DNA of 64,000 nucleotides, taken from NCBI RefSeq assembly GCF_023055435.1, contig NW_025963868.1, positions 2,914,001 through 2,978,000 on the forward strand, given 5' to 3'. The translations under genes and the position numbers were made by a program. The notes under the pieces are model-generated. The model saw only the letters and a program-made list of their open reading frames with translations, had not been told where the DNA came from and searched no databases. Shown here one piece after another: positions 50,684 through 63,525 of this stretch. Origin of the DNA: Haliotis rufescens. Its lineage: Eukaryota. Every line of letters begins with the position of its first letter. Position 1 is the first letter of the stretch.

Positions 50684-51280
50684 CTGCAATGGTGGACACA
50701 CATTTACATCAGGATATCAACCAGCCCCACAATCAACTATTTGGGGGCAATTTTGAAATAAAGCAATCTTTCAACTGTGATTTACGATAACGCATTATGA
50801 CAGAACGTAGTTGAACGTTGTTGACTTGGGGGCAATTGCGATTTCCCGGCACATGTGACTCAGTGTAACCTAAAAGTGTTTCTGAAATAGAGTTTTACAG
50901 TAATGTGTATCAGTAAGAATTACTGTGGAAGTGTTGTGTGTTTTAAACAAGAGAATCGTGCATGCGAACCTACCCTTGCAGCTGATTCTTCAGGGAATGT
51001 TTTATACACAGTACCTGTCTTAGTCTTTCAACTGATTGGGAATGATTTGTAAGGCAGTCTGTGCCAAACTGTTTGAGTCAACTAACTGAACTATCCGTAT
51101 CATTTTGAGGAGATTTTAGTGATAATATATACACGATTTTAAACAGCTGAGCTTACCAGACCTAACAGCATTTTACTTGACTGTGTATGGCTGAAGTGAC
51201 AGACCATACTGAATATATAAATAAGCAGAGTGTACAATTTGTAACATGCAGAAAACATATTTCAAAAAGTACTTCAGTCA

Positions 51281-51442
51281 GTGAGTGAGTATGGTTTTAC
51301 AGCACTTTTAGCAATATTCCAGCAATATCACGGCAGGGGACACCAGAAATGGACTTCACACATTGTACCCATGTGAGGAATCGAACCCGGGTCTTCGGCG
51401 TGTGGAACAAACGCTTTAACCACTAGGCTACCCCACCGTCCC
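51281..51442 (-). mobile_element. SINE family A
   Basis: TSD aaagtacttcag. Confidence 0.9.
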
Positions 51443-51673
51443 AGAAAGTACTTCAGGGGCTACTACTATAATAGGCCTTGATTTAACTTGCACCAGGTGC
51501 AAGTTGGCATGAAAACCTGGTTGCACCAGACAAAACCAGGTTGCCTCAGGTCCTATATATTTATCAAAGTTCAAACATGTGAAGGGTATCTTCATAACCA
51601 GCATCATTGCATCCATCATTGCCATTATTTTATGACACAATACATTAATTATTCGATTTGCATCCAAAGTTTA

Positions 51674-51838
51674 GGGGCGGTCGGGAAGCCTAGTGGTTAA
51701 AGCGTTCGCTCGTCACGCCGAAGACCCGGGTTCGATTCCCGACATGGGTACAATGTGTGAAGCCCATTTCTGGTATTCCCCACCGTGATATTGGTGGAAT
51801 ATTGCTAAAAGCGGCGTAAAACAATACTCACTCACTCA
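51674..51838 (+). mobile_element. SINE family A, near-consensus young copy
   Basis: Exact TSD catccaaagttta; CpGs retained. Confidence 0.93.
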
Positions 51839-51972
51839 TCCAAAGTTTAAAATAATATGTTCCTCAACAAGTTATTGAGGAAATCTGTATAAATGAACTG
51901 TTGATGGATTTGACTCACATGAAGTATGAATGTGTGATAGGACAAGGTATGTGGTGGATTTCATCAAGCTGG

Positions 51973-52129
51973 GGGGTAGCCTAGTGGTTAAAGCGTTCGC
52001 TCGTCACGCCTAAGACCCGGGTTCAATTCCCGACATGGGTACAATGTATGAAGCCCATTTCTGGTATCCCCCACCGTGATATTGCTGGAATATTGCTAAA
52101 AGCGGCGTAAAACCATACTCACTCACTCA
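51973..52129 (+). mobile_element. SINE family A
   Basis: Exact TSD tcatcaagctgg. Confidence 0.92.
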
Positions 52130-52193
52130 TCAAGCTGGATTTTTCTCATCTTACATGGGGACAATAAAATAATGTGAGGTCAGATGTCTGGTA

Positions 52194-52369
52194 CAGTTAA
52201 GTATGTTTATATCGATCATGCTTATAACAAACTGACAGATATAACAAACTGTTTTTTTTGGTCCTGGCCATTTGCAGTATATTTGCTGTATATCTGCTTA
52301 TGATGAACTACGGTTATAATGGACTAAAATTATTGGTCCCTTTGAGTATGTTATAACCATAGTTTATTG
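52194..52369. mobile_element. Older copy of the pogo/Tigger-type MITE
   Basis: Aligns by eye to 43438-43612, with TA flanks. Confidence 0.78.
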
Positions 52370-54844
52370 TACTTTTATTATTGCCATATGTATAATCCTT
52401 ATTATATATAACAATTGATTTGCAGAAATAACTGACCTACCTATTCATTCCTGATACGCCTGGTAGGGAAGAGAAGCACACTTTAAGGACGACGTCAAAC
52501 TACTGCCTGTCCAGTACAACCCCCATTACACCAATACTGTCAATACCCACATTTAACTACTGTACGCAATGTCTCGCTGGGGACTCCAGTCAGCTATAAA
52601 CACAGATTTAATATGGTTTCTGTTACGTAAAAGGCCTGCTTGAAGCTCATTCTGTTTCAAAGCATCTCAATAAAAGACCTCTATTTTACCTTTTTTCCTT
52701 CGAAATTAAATTTGGGACACAAAGATGGAAACATTTCCAATCTTCATCCATGCTTCTAGAAGACAAAGGTTTGGTTGATGCGATGGCATTCACAGTTGTC
52801 TATCCAGAGCAAAGATACAACAACCTTGTCCTGGGAGGAAATAGTTAACACTTTGGTCCAAACTAGAATAAGAGGTATCTAATCTATAGTTAGACTACTT
52901 CAAATTAAGCACTATAGCTCAAAGAGATATCGATTGGTTGTTCTTAATTCTCATCTAAAGCATGCCATTCACAAATGAGACAATTTTGAAAAGTTACCAA
53001 ATAGAATATATTTCCTAAAGGAAACTAATACTATTTCATCTTAAGGAAATTACTGTTCATGTCTTTACATTTTATTACATTCTTAGAAATGAAATGAAAT
53101 TTTATCATTTATAAGTCATATGAAATTTACAATATTCCTTCAAGATCATTAGCGAATTTAACTAACAGAATACAACTTTCAGATGCCAAAATTAACTGGA
53201 ACATTACTTTAACAGATGACGTCCAATAATTTCTAATTAATTCTTGAATATTTAGAATGTTCCCTTTATTAGAAGGAATGTAATTTTGTGTTGATTTATC
53301 CATGTTACTTTACATGACACACAGTAATGACAGGGATACCTCCAGCTCAAGGCCAGTCCATGTGTCGGTGTGGCATGGCAGGTATCATGACACCAGGCAG
53401 ACAGCTCCTTATGTCAGGACAAACATTAACAGCTCAGCTGACCATCTGGCTCCCGGATGGCGGCTCCCTAACCACACTGACCTCTGTCAGGAAACAGTCA
53501 GGACCGGACCAGGAGGAGAACCCATGTCCCATCACCCACTGATGAATGGGAGGGTCTGGGGTCTCCCTGCTTGTGTTATTCATTGTCAGATGGTCTGTAT
53601 TTATCTTACAGAAAGAAAGGGCAAGACTGGAGTGTCAGAAACTTGGAAGGTCCTCAGGTTCTTGAGGAACTTGACTGAAGTAGTTATTGAAGGGGCCCTA
53701 AATCACTTTTAACATTAGGCTATGATGTTTACCCTTGAATTTCATCCTTATTTTGAGCACTGCATGAATCATTCTCTCTTGAATAAATATGAATGTCATA
53801 CAGGTAATTTAGTAATTGTATGCTGACAATTGACTTCAATGGTAGCTGGAAGGTTAGATGGATTATCAGTGCATTTCAACTTTAGTGTTTACCATACACT
53901 CAGGTTTTTATCATAAATCACTTGATTCCAAAAATGATACAGTGAGTACAAAGGTGATTGGTGAATGCATAACATATATCACCTTGTGATTGACCAATAT
54001 AACAGGTCTCATCAGAGAGTGCAACAATATTAGTAAATAACCTCCTCCTTTTCCAACTGGGTGTTAGATAACAAGATGGTTGGTGAATATTTACCGTCTG
54101 TTATAGTGGGGGGCATCAATGGCAGCCAGTGGTGCTCCAGTGTTTTGTACTTCCAGCATTTCTTGTCAGCCCTGCAGGTCGGACCACAGACCTTCGCTTC
54201 AAAGCATATTTCTGGTACAATATTCCAATGGCACATTATCCTTTATCGAATAACACTGTCTGCCCATGATAAAACTTTCTCAGTGAAATAAATCCTCTTC
54301 AAGAGCTCAAATTCGGTACTAATCCTGAATTTCCAACATGGCGGTCACTGACGTCTGCTTGTGTCTTCCAGTTCTGGTTACATGTTTTACACACTGGGAA
54401 CTAAGTTCTGAAAGAGATGAATTATGATGATGTGACAACAAAGCTGACAAAAGTGCAAAACAAAACAATTAAAAATGACAAATCAAGAAATAACGTGAGT
54501 GTGCAAAAAAACATATTCAAGGACATAATAAAAGGCTTTTTCCATTCTTATCCAAATCAAACCAAACACAAGAAAGTTTAATTTGGCTTTTGAAATTATT
54601 ATTGATCTTTCAAACAGAATTTGAAAGACATTGGAATTACAATATTATCAGCTTCCTGCCTGCATTAACATGCCAACTTCATTCAATACATCAACTAACA
54701 CTTCGAATCAAGCACCCTTCACGATTACCATCCACATACACCACCGAGTTGCAATCAATCAACCATGAACACAAATGAACCACAGAACACTCAGCACAGA
54801 AAATCAGATCTGATCAAGAGTCATGGATAAAAAAAGACTTGAAG

Positions 54845-56297
54845 ATGCATGGATGAATAGCGACAGAGCCAGAACAGTACATGGATGTATAGCTGCAGAG
54901 CCAGCACAGTACATGGATGTATAGCTGCAGAGCCAGCACAGTACATGGATGTATAGCTGCAGAGCCAGCACAATGCGTGGATGTACAGCTGCAGAGCCAG
55001 CACAATACATGGATGTATAGCCGCAGAGCCAGCACAATGCGTGGATGTATAGCTGCAGAGCCAGCACAATACATGGATGTATAGCTGCAGAGCCAGCACA
55101 GTACATGGATGTAGAGCTGCAGAGCCAGCACAATGCGTGGATGTACAGCTGCAGAGCCAGCACAATGCGTGGATGTACAGCTGCAGAGCCAGCACAATGC
55201 GTGGATGTATAGCCGCAGAGCCAGCACAATGCGTGGATGTATAGCTGCAGAGCCAGCACAATACATGGATGTATAGCTGCAGAGCCAGCACAATACATGG
55301 ATGTATAGCTGCAGAGCCAGCACAATACATGGATGTATAGCTGCAGAGCCAGCAGAGGAAAAGGATGTATAGCTGCAGAGCCAGCACAATACATGGATGT
55401 ACAGCTGCAGAGCCAGCACAGTACATGGATGTATAGCTGCAGAGCCAGCACAATGCATGAATGTATAGCTGCAGAGCCAGCACAATGCGTGGATGAATAG
55501 CGACAGAGCCAGAACAGTACATGGATGTATAGCTGCAGAGCCAGCACAATACATGGATGTATAGCTGCAGAGCCAGCACAGTACATGGATGTATAGCTGC
55601 AGAGCCAGCACAATGCGTGGATGTACAGCTGCAGAGCCAACACAATGCGTGGATGTATAGCCGCAGAGCCAGCACAATGCGTGGATGTATAGCTGCAGAG
55701 CCAGCACAATACATGGATGTATAGCTGCAGAGCCAGCACAATACATGGATGTATAGCTGCAGAGCCAGCACAATACATGGATGTACAGCCGCAGAGCCAG
55801 CACAATGCGTGGATGTATAGCCGCAGAGCCAGCACAATGTGTGGATGTATAGCTGCAGAGCCAGCACAGTACATGGATGTATAGCTGCAGAGCCAGCACA
55901 ATACATGGATGTATAGCTGCAGAGCCAGCACAATACATGGATGTATAGCTGCAGAGCCAGCACAATACATGGATGTATAGCTGCAGAGCCAGCACAATGC
56001 ATGGATGTATAGCTGCAGAGCCAGCACAATACATGGATGTATAGCCGCAGAGCCAGCACAATACATGGATGTTTAGCCACAGAGCTAGCACAATACATGG
56101 ATGTATAGCTGCAGAGCCAGCACAATGCATGGATGTATAGCTGCAGAGCCAGCACAATGCATGGATGTATAGCTGCAGAGCCAGCACAATACATGGATGT
56201 TTAGCCACAGAGCTAGCACAATACATGGATGTATAGCTGCAGAGCCAGCACAATACATGGATGTATAGCTGCAGAGCCAGCACAATACATGGATGTA
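54845..56297. repeat. 32-bp minisatellite (atggatgtatagctgcagagccagcacaatac), ~45 copies
   Basis: Seen directly; it is the source of the 420-489 aa pseudo-ORFs. Confidence 0.97.
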
Positions 56298-57461
56298 ATG
56301 CACATAATCACAGAACAATATTGGAACCTACAGCTCACTGCAATCAATCTGCAGTGTGATGATTAAGTAAACATCACAGTAATCTCCCAGCTAACTGGTC
56401 CAGTGCTTGGCTTGTTTTCCTCTATTCCCCAGAGGGCAGGAGGTGTTAGGAGCAAGGTTTGATGTGGTCACGGCTCGGTGAATCCCTCACACACCTCACT
56501 GATCACAACCACTTGTCCTACCTCTGGGACTGTCTAATACACCTGACCCATTGTCTGGCATGTGAGATATTGCTTTGTACAGTCTGGGAGATATCAACAA
56601 TAACGCACTGACTTCTGCTGCTCTTCAGTGACACATGAGTAACCTACTGCCATGATGGGATCTACTGTGGAAATCAAACTATCAAAGCACCAAATGATAA
56701 CCATCCACTGATCATTGAATCATCATTACATTCATCTTCATCAGCAAATCAAATTATCCTACAGGGAAATGTGTGTTTTAATTTCAAGGCATACTTCATT
56801 ACACAAACTGACATTCTACAACTATTTTCAGTGGCATGCAAATACATGTTTCTGAAGACAATTAGTGCTATCTCCCCACAAACACTTTCCAACCAATAAA
56901 CTTAGGACGAAACATTCTACCAGAATCTATTAATCATATTTTGCTCTGCTTTCACAAAATGCAACAGGCAATGACCAGTTATCAGATGTTACTTTGCACC
57001 GTAAAATCATTCATTCAGAAAAAAAAATCAAATATGACTACACGTTAAGAAGCAGTTTGGCGCTTCACACCATGTATCTCCCCATCTCCCAAGCGGGAGA
57101 GTTCCTTATCCAAGCCTCTCGCTCTGGGAGGTAAGTGACAGCTAATAGTCTTGTTATCTTTATTAGGGGATCCTGTTAACATGGGATGTACATAAACTGG
57201 CTAAGTGATTGAAAAACCTGGACTCATCATACAGAGACACGCAGACTCGATCAGCTTCAACACTGAAGCAGACGGCATTGGCTGCCATCTTGTTTTCTCA
57301 TTCAGATTGTGGAAAATAATATTTGGTTTCAGATTTATGTCGTGTTGGGAGACATGAAAGTTCGTATGCTGTATCTTAGATCAATCATTTGTTCATGAAT
57401 GGTCCATTTAGTGACTTCATTTCCGTTATCCCAAACTGACATTGCCTTGTACATAAGCGGT

Positions 57462-57907
57462 AGTGAGTGAGTGAGTGAGCTGGGTTTAACGCCACTTTTA
57501 ACAGTATTCCAGTTATATCACGGCGTGCTAGCTCCATGTGGGAGGAAAGCCCCAAGTGATGCTGGTCTCAGACGTTTACCACTTCGGTGAAACCCACGAC
57601 CATGGGTATGGTGCTGACAAACCTAGAAACATAATCGGGGCGAACCGGGATTTTGAACCCACAATCATAGGTTTCTGACTTGCCCAAGGGATGCAACTAT
57701 GCACAGTGAATCGCAGCACCTTAGACGACTGGGCCACCCGTGCCCCCACATCAGCAGTAGAATTTAACAGTTTTAGTCCACGAGTCCTGTTCCTGATAAC
57801 ATATAGTCAAACTCTTAGAAATGGCAAATTTCTACAAGTCCTAATCAGACCTTAATAATCGGGCAGTTTGGCAAGGACTACAGGACTAGGCCCAATTTCC
57901 ACCACTG
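57462..57907 (-). mobile_element. SINE family D (57462-57748) inserted at the end of a family F MITE (to 57907)
   Basis: SINE TSD acataagcggtag/acatcagcagtag and MITE TSD tacat/tacat. Confidence 0.85.
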
Positions 57908-57970
57908 TACATGAACCTTTCTGCTTCTCTGAGTTATTTATCAATGAAGGAACATTGAAAAAAGTGATTA

Positions 57971-58117
57971 TAGCAACGGTAGAAACAAACAGTTTTAGTC
58001 CACTAGTCCTAGTAATGATAACATAGCAAAACCCTTGAAAATGGCAAATTTCCATGAGTCCTCATGATACCTTAACTATTGGGCAGTTTGGCAAGGACTT
58101 ACAGGACAGGTGCCAAT
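57971..58117 (-). mobile_element. Family F MITE
   Basis: Matches the family. Confidence 0.78.
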
Positions 58118-59768
58118 TGATCAATGTACACAAGACTTATTTATTCGCGTATAATACGGACTCGTGTGTTATATGCACCTTAATTATGAGCAATTAAATT
58201 CTGGAAAAATATATCTCTCGCATATAAACATTTCAGGCTGTCAGCATAAACCACGAAATTTATCTTTCAACTATTCTTTCACCAAAATAATATTCTAAAA
58301 AGAGCCCACTATTTCTAATTTTGAGAGCTTTACGTCGAATACGGTATTGAAAACACGTCAGCATTGAAAGAACTATGACTTGATGCCAGATCTGTTACAA
58401 ACATCACATAGTTGCACAGTTTTATATTTTCATAATCATGTTAAAGTGTTCCAGAATCAACAAGTCTGTGTTATGAATCGTTATATTTCCCTCCGATGGT
58501 GTGTGGAATTCCCTAAACAATCACACTCAACACCCTCACAGTCAGTAGTATCAATACTTTACAAATCTCTCTCGTGAAAACTGCAAATAAACTGCCAACT
58601 ATTGATTTAAAACACCCTCAAAATTTGCTCTATTTGGAATGGCAGGATTCAGATTCATGTTCGTCACCAATTTATTGAACAGACTGATCTGAACCAAAGA
58701 AGGTTCAGTTTTAGCCAAACTACCCAATCACTGCAGGTATCATGATTGCTCCCTGTTGTTAATTAAATGCCCCACATCAGCTGAGATCCCCCTCAAGGTG
58801 ACCACGAACAATATTGATCAGTTCTCCCTGGGGACCAGTCATTGTTGTATTTTGTCTGGAGCTGCAGCAGTTTCAATCAATGTTACAAATAGACGTAATG
58901 AAGTCTCCCTGTTCCGTAGACTGTGGCCACAGTAGCTGCAAGCCTCTTGGTTAATAGTGAATGAGAAATCGAGATTCATTTAGATTGCTGTTAACTTGAG
59001 CCAAATGTCCATTATCAACCACTGTTTGATACGAGATCCAAGAGAGACATTATAAATAGATTAATTTCCATATCTCATCTCATTAACATCCCCCTGTGAT
59101 GATAATGGTCGTAACAACCTTGTGAGAGCGATGAAAAGACACATGTTACGAATCCTTCATACCGAATCTGCAAACATAATCACTCCCCTACATGAACACA
59201 TGAATGTGCATCCCGACAGAAAGATTTTTTATGACTTTCTTGAAGTGATATTAATCTGGGAACATAAAGACCCCACATGAATAACACAATTATTTGACAA
59301 CAAATTGTCAAAACCAAATCATATTTTATGATGACATCAATGTTTCCAGGCAGACATTATTTATTTTATTCATTTGAAACATGAACTTTTCGCCAACCAG
59401 CTGTTCTAATGTTCCTTGCTCTTTCCTTCACAAGTCAAAGGTTTATCTGAGTGCAAGACATCAGTTAAAAGTCTTGTATTCAGTAGCATGAACTCGTATT
59501 ACAGTTTATATGATTTACTTCAAATGACACCATGCCTCTTAAATTAAACTAGTAAAAGTAATCAGTCAGCGCCCATCACCTCCCGGGCTACCCACAATGC
59601 AGTGGAGGCTTCAGTGGTCACAAGCAGACGCCCTAATGAATACAACAGCAGAAGACATTTCAGTGTCAGGTGGAACCAACAGATTGTTTCTATAGCTGAT
59701 TACAATGTCCAGAATTTGAGATGATACTTGCTGTAGTTGATGATACTTATAAGTTTGATAAATTCTTA

Positions 59769-60000
59769 AGTGAGTGAGTGAGTTTGGAGCTTTGAACAGT
59801 AAGTCAATTATATAACAGTCTGTCAGCTTTACGTGGGAACAATGCTTGAATTGCTGCAGATCTTAGATGCTTACCACTTTGTGGAACCTATGGGCATTAA
59901 TATGGTGCTGACCCACCTAGAAACCTGGCAAATCTGGAACTCAAACACAGCATCATAGCTTGGGCTCTGGCACACCAAGGGGAAGCAACTCTGCACAGCC
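59769..60000 (-). mobile_element. Old, diverged SINE family D
   Basis: Recognisable tail, core and caactctgcacagc. Confidence 0.7.
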
Positions 60001-60727
60001 AATGACAGTCTGCAACTCCAGCTATTAGTTTTATGCCCGATTTGAGTAAAATTTCTTCTGGTGTATTATTACTCTTAAGATCAGTTTATGCTGGTCCAGA
60101 TACTAAGACGATAATCACATCATAAAACAAGTTCTGTGGATATTAACAAAAACATTTGCTTACCTTCTTTGGCAGTTGACATGAGTGATAGTAAAATGTC
60201 TGTTTTGGTAAGTTAAAATTTTATTTCGTCGTAATTGTTTATGTAAGATGTTATCAATGACACAATTTTCATAACAATAATCATGAATATTTCTTCCCAT
60301 CGACGATAATTCTGATCATTGATTCTTATAGCCAGCCCTAATTACAATAGTGATGCAATAGTATTTTAAACAATCACAATAGCTAAACAGACGGCTCAAT
60401 AGTCACCTTTGATGCACAGACAATATAGCACCGTATACCACACTTCTCCAGCCTGTATTCCCATGATTCCATAATGAGAGCAGGGAGACCAGGACTGTTA
60501 AAGACTCCACACCAATTAGTCCATTATGTGCTGAGCTGGACGGACTCCAGTAGTGTGTGCTAATTTCTTAGGAACGAGTACAGGGATGTGAATGAGCTGC
60601 TTCGGAAATCAGTTTCCCAAACCACATTCACTGATGTCCAGTGCAAGTAAACGCAAGCCCAAAGAATAAAGTTCCTTCTGAACAGACTTTCACAAGTCTG
60701 TAAGGCAATACTTATTAGTTTCAATCA

Positions 60728-61586
60728 CAGTGTCCAGTCCAGAATTGAAAATCAAGGGGGGACCTGTCCCCCCATTATGTAGAAAATAGGGGGGATTTTG
60801 AAAAAGTAGGGGGGATAACTGTTTTCTTCAAAAATGTCTTATTTTGTATTATGTACAGGAACATCATCATATAAAAGTGTAACAGATCAGAATAAAGAAC
60901 TGCTTTTTTGAGTCACTAGGACCGGGATCGATTTCCCCTTCAGTTTGAGAAGTAATTACAGTGACAGTGGTTTCATCATTGTCTTTTTATAGCAACTATT
61001 TTGATTTAAAAAGTCTGTATTTTTTTTTTTTTCGCGACATTTTCACTATTCAAAAGATCGTCTGCAATGTCAGTCGGCGATTCATATTGTGTGATTTCAG
61101 AAACGAAACTAAAACAAGCTAAAATGCTCAAAAATATTTCTAGAACTATTCAATATAGAATATTTATTTGTCTTTTAACATCTTGTCAAAGGTTTCTGAT
61201 TACTAAACAACAAAATACAACATAATTTTGATCAAAGTTTTGATACGCTTTATACAAAAGTAAAGTAAATTTCGTTTCCTATGCAAATCCTGTCGATAAT
61301 TTATTCAGCAACCCAAGGGACGTATAACTCGTGTTCGAACTTCCGGTTATTATCGATCGGTCTTCGACAGTTGTTTACAATGTTTGCTGTGAACTGTCTT
61401 TCTTTGTTAATTGATTAAAGATTTAGTGAGTATTGAATCTAAAGGTAGGGATAAACAGCTGATAAAGTAAGTGACTGTACATGAAATAACTGTGCGCGAC
61501 AGATCGCTCTTTGAGTTTTTAATGAGGGGCGATTTGATTTTTTGTTAGCGTCAATCGCGCAATCGCGCGGTCTGGGTTGGACACTG
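60728..61586. mobile_element. 859-bp hAT-like non-autonomous element with a 6-bp TSD, splitting a family E copy (60683-61732)
   Basis: TIR CAGTGTCCA[GT/AC]CCAGA (14/16 match) and exact flanks caatca|...|caatca. The two halves of E rejoin across the insertion. Confidence 0.85.
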
Positions 61587-62576
61587 CAATCATAATCATA
61601 TTATGTAAATAATAAAAACAAGTTGTCCCTATAAGAGACTGGAGTCCTTACTGTCAAGACTTGCCTATTTGGAGGATAGAATTACTACACATCCATGGAC
61701 TATTCTTTCAGTACAGCCTTGGAGCAAGGCTAAGCAGACCTCTCCACCCCTTGAATGTAGTTCTTACATATCTTATAACATACCAAAACATAAACAACAA
61801 CCATTGTCCCTATGCCAAGAATCAAACAAATAACTGAATTAACCTGAGTTTGAAGTCAAGGTAGACAAACAAAAATGAATTATTTGTTTTGACAAATGGC
61901 CTTTTGATACATAACGTGAAGGGCCCCAGGGAATCTCTTCCTGAGGTTGAAGATGACTTTCCAACGTAGTGTTGTGTTTTTTGACATTCTTGCTTCTTGG
62001 TCTGTATGAGACTAGTCAGGGTCTTAAACCATTTTTGGGAAGGTAGAAGAAGCCTGATAGTGTAGGTCTCTAAGAATAGGAGTCAGTGTGACAAGCAGGT
62101 GAGGATACTCTGTGTATTATTATTCCTGTTGCAATGGAACAGCAGGGGACACCAAGAATGGGATCACACATTACAGCCATGTAGGGAATCAAACCCGAGG
62201 CTCTGGTGTAAAAAAACAACATTTAACCACCCTATGGACAAAAGCACCACGACATATTTCACGATCTTTAACTAGAACTGACAATATCTCACTCTCTGTA
62301 ATGGCCACTGAAATTGAAGCCAAGAATTATGTTGTGATTTCTGATCAATACGGTGAGATTCCTAGACACAATGACTCACTCACATCCATCATTTCCTGGA
62401 TAAAGCTGCCCACCATGTTTAGGACATAAATTCCCTTCTTTCAATTATCTGGCCCTACATGGCCTCACTTAACAGTCACAGGACACCTTCCATGACCCTT
62501 CACATAAACTGTCATTCTGCTCCTTCAGTTCCCCTTAATCATGATATCTGATTCTGAATGTGCAGTAACAGATAAA

Positions 62577-63100
62577 CATCAGTCTAGGACATCTTCAAGT
62601 TCAGACCAGTGAACTCTGCTAAGATCCTTTTATAATCCTGCAACTTTATACCATAACTAGATCTGTGCTGCTAGCTCCACAACATCAGTCTATGACAGTC
62701 TTCAAGTTCAGACCAGTGAACTCGTCTAAGATCCTTCTATAATCCTGCAACTTTATACCATAACTAGATCTGTGCTGCTAGCTCCACAACATCAGTCTAT
62801 GACAGTCTTCAAGTTCAGACCAGTGAACTCTGCTAAGATCCTTCTATAATCCTGCAACTTTATATGATAACTAGATCAGTGCTGCTAGCTCCACAACATC
62901 AGTCTATGACAGCCTTCAAGTTCAGACCAGTGAACTCTGCTAAGATCCTTCTATAATCCTGCAACTTTATACCATAACTAGATCTGTGCTGCTAGCTCCA
63001 CAACATCACTCTAGGACAGTCCTCAATTTCAGACCAGTGAAGTCTGAGTGAAGTCTGATATTATCCGACAACTTTATATGATAACTAGATCCGTGTGGCT
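62577..63100. repeat. 107-bp tandem repeat, ~5 copies
   Basis: Units start at 62577, 62683, 62790, 62897 and 63004. Confidence 0.93.
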
Positions 63101-63249
63101 AACTACGTGATGCTAGACCCATGTTGCTTGCTGAATTCAGTCCTGCAATCAGCTTCAAGATGACTCAGATCATGGCATATATGCTCACATGAGGCCAACC
63201 CACAAAAACTCAACCACCTCTTATAATAGTATGATTCTATTCATTACCA

Positions 63250-63525
63250 GGGGGCACGGGTGGCCAAGTCGTCTAAGGCGCCGCGATTCGCTGTGCAGAG
63301 TTGCATCCCTTGGGCATGCCAGAAACCTATGATTGTGGGTTGGAATCCCGGTTCACACTGATTATGTTTCTAGGTTTGTCAGCACCATACTCGTGCTCAT
63401 GGGTTTCACCGAAGTGGTAAACGTCTGAGACCTGCATCACTTCGGGCTTTCCTCCCTCGTTAAGCTGACACGCCGTGACATAACTGGGATACTGTTAAAA
63501 GTGGCGTTAAACCCAACTCACTCCC
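63250..63525 (+). mobile_element. SINE family D, full length
   Basis: TSD ctattcattacca, tRNA-Leu-like A box gtggccaagtcgtctaaggcg, V-like core. Confidence 0.9.

Noticed and set aside
51674-51745. tRNA-Asp-like gene (also the heads of SINE C and D)
   Set aside because: The acceptor stem is not intact and the sequence runs into a SINE body and tail with TSDs; these are retroposon heads, not tRNA genes.
54335-54355. YY1-like and CRE-like motifs (aacatggcgg, tgacgtc) as a possible promoter
   Set aside because: Short motifs alone are expected by chance in 64 kb.
54804-56318. 420-489 aa Cys/His-rich ORFs
   Set aside because: They are translations of a 32-bp minisatellite that is open in all three minus frames, with no splice or start context.
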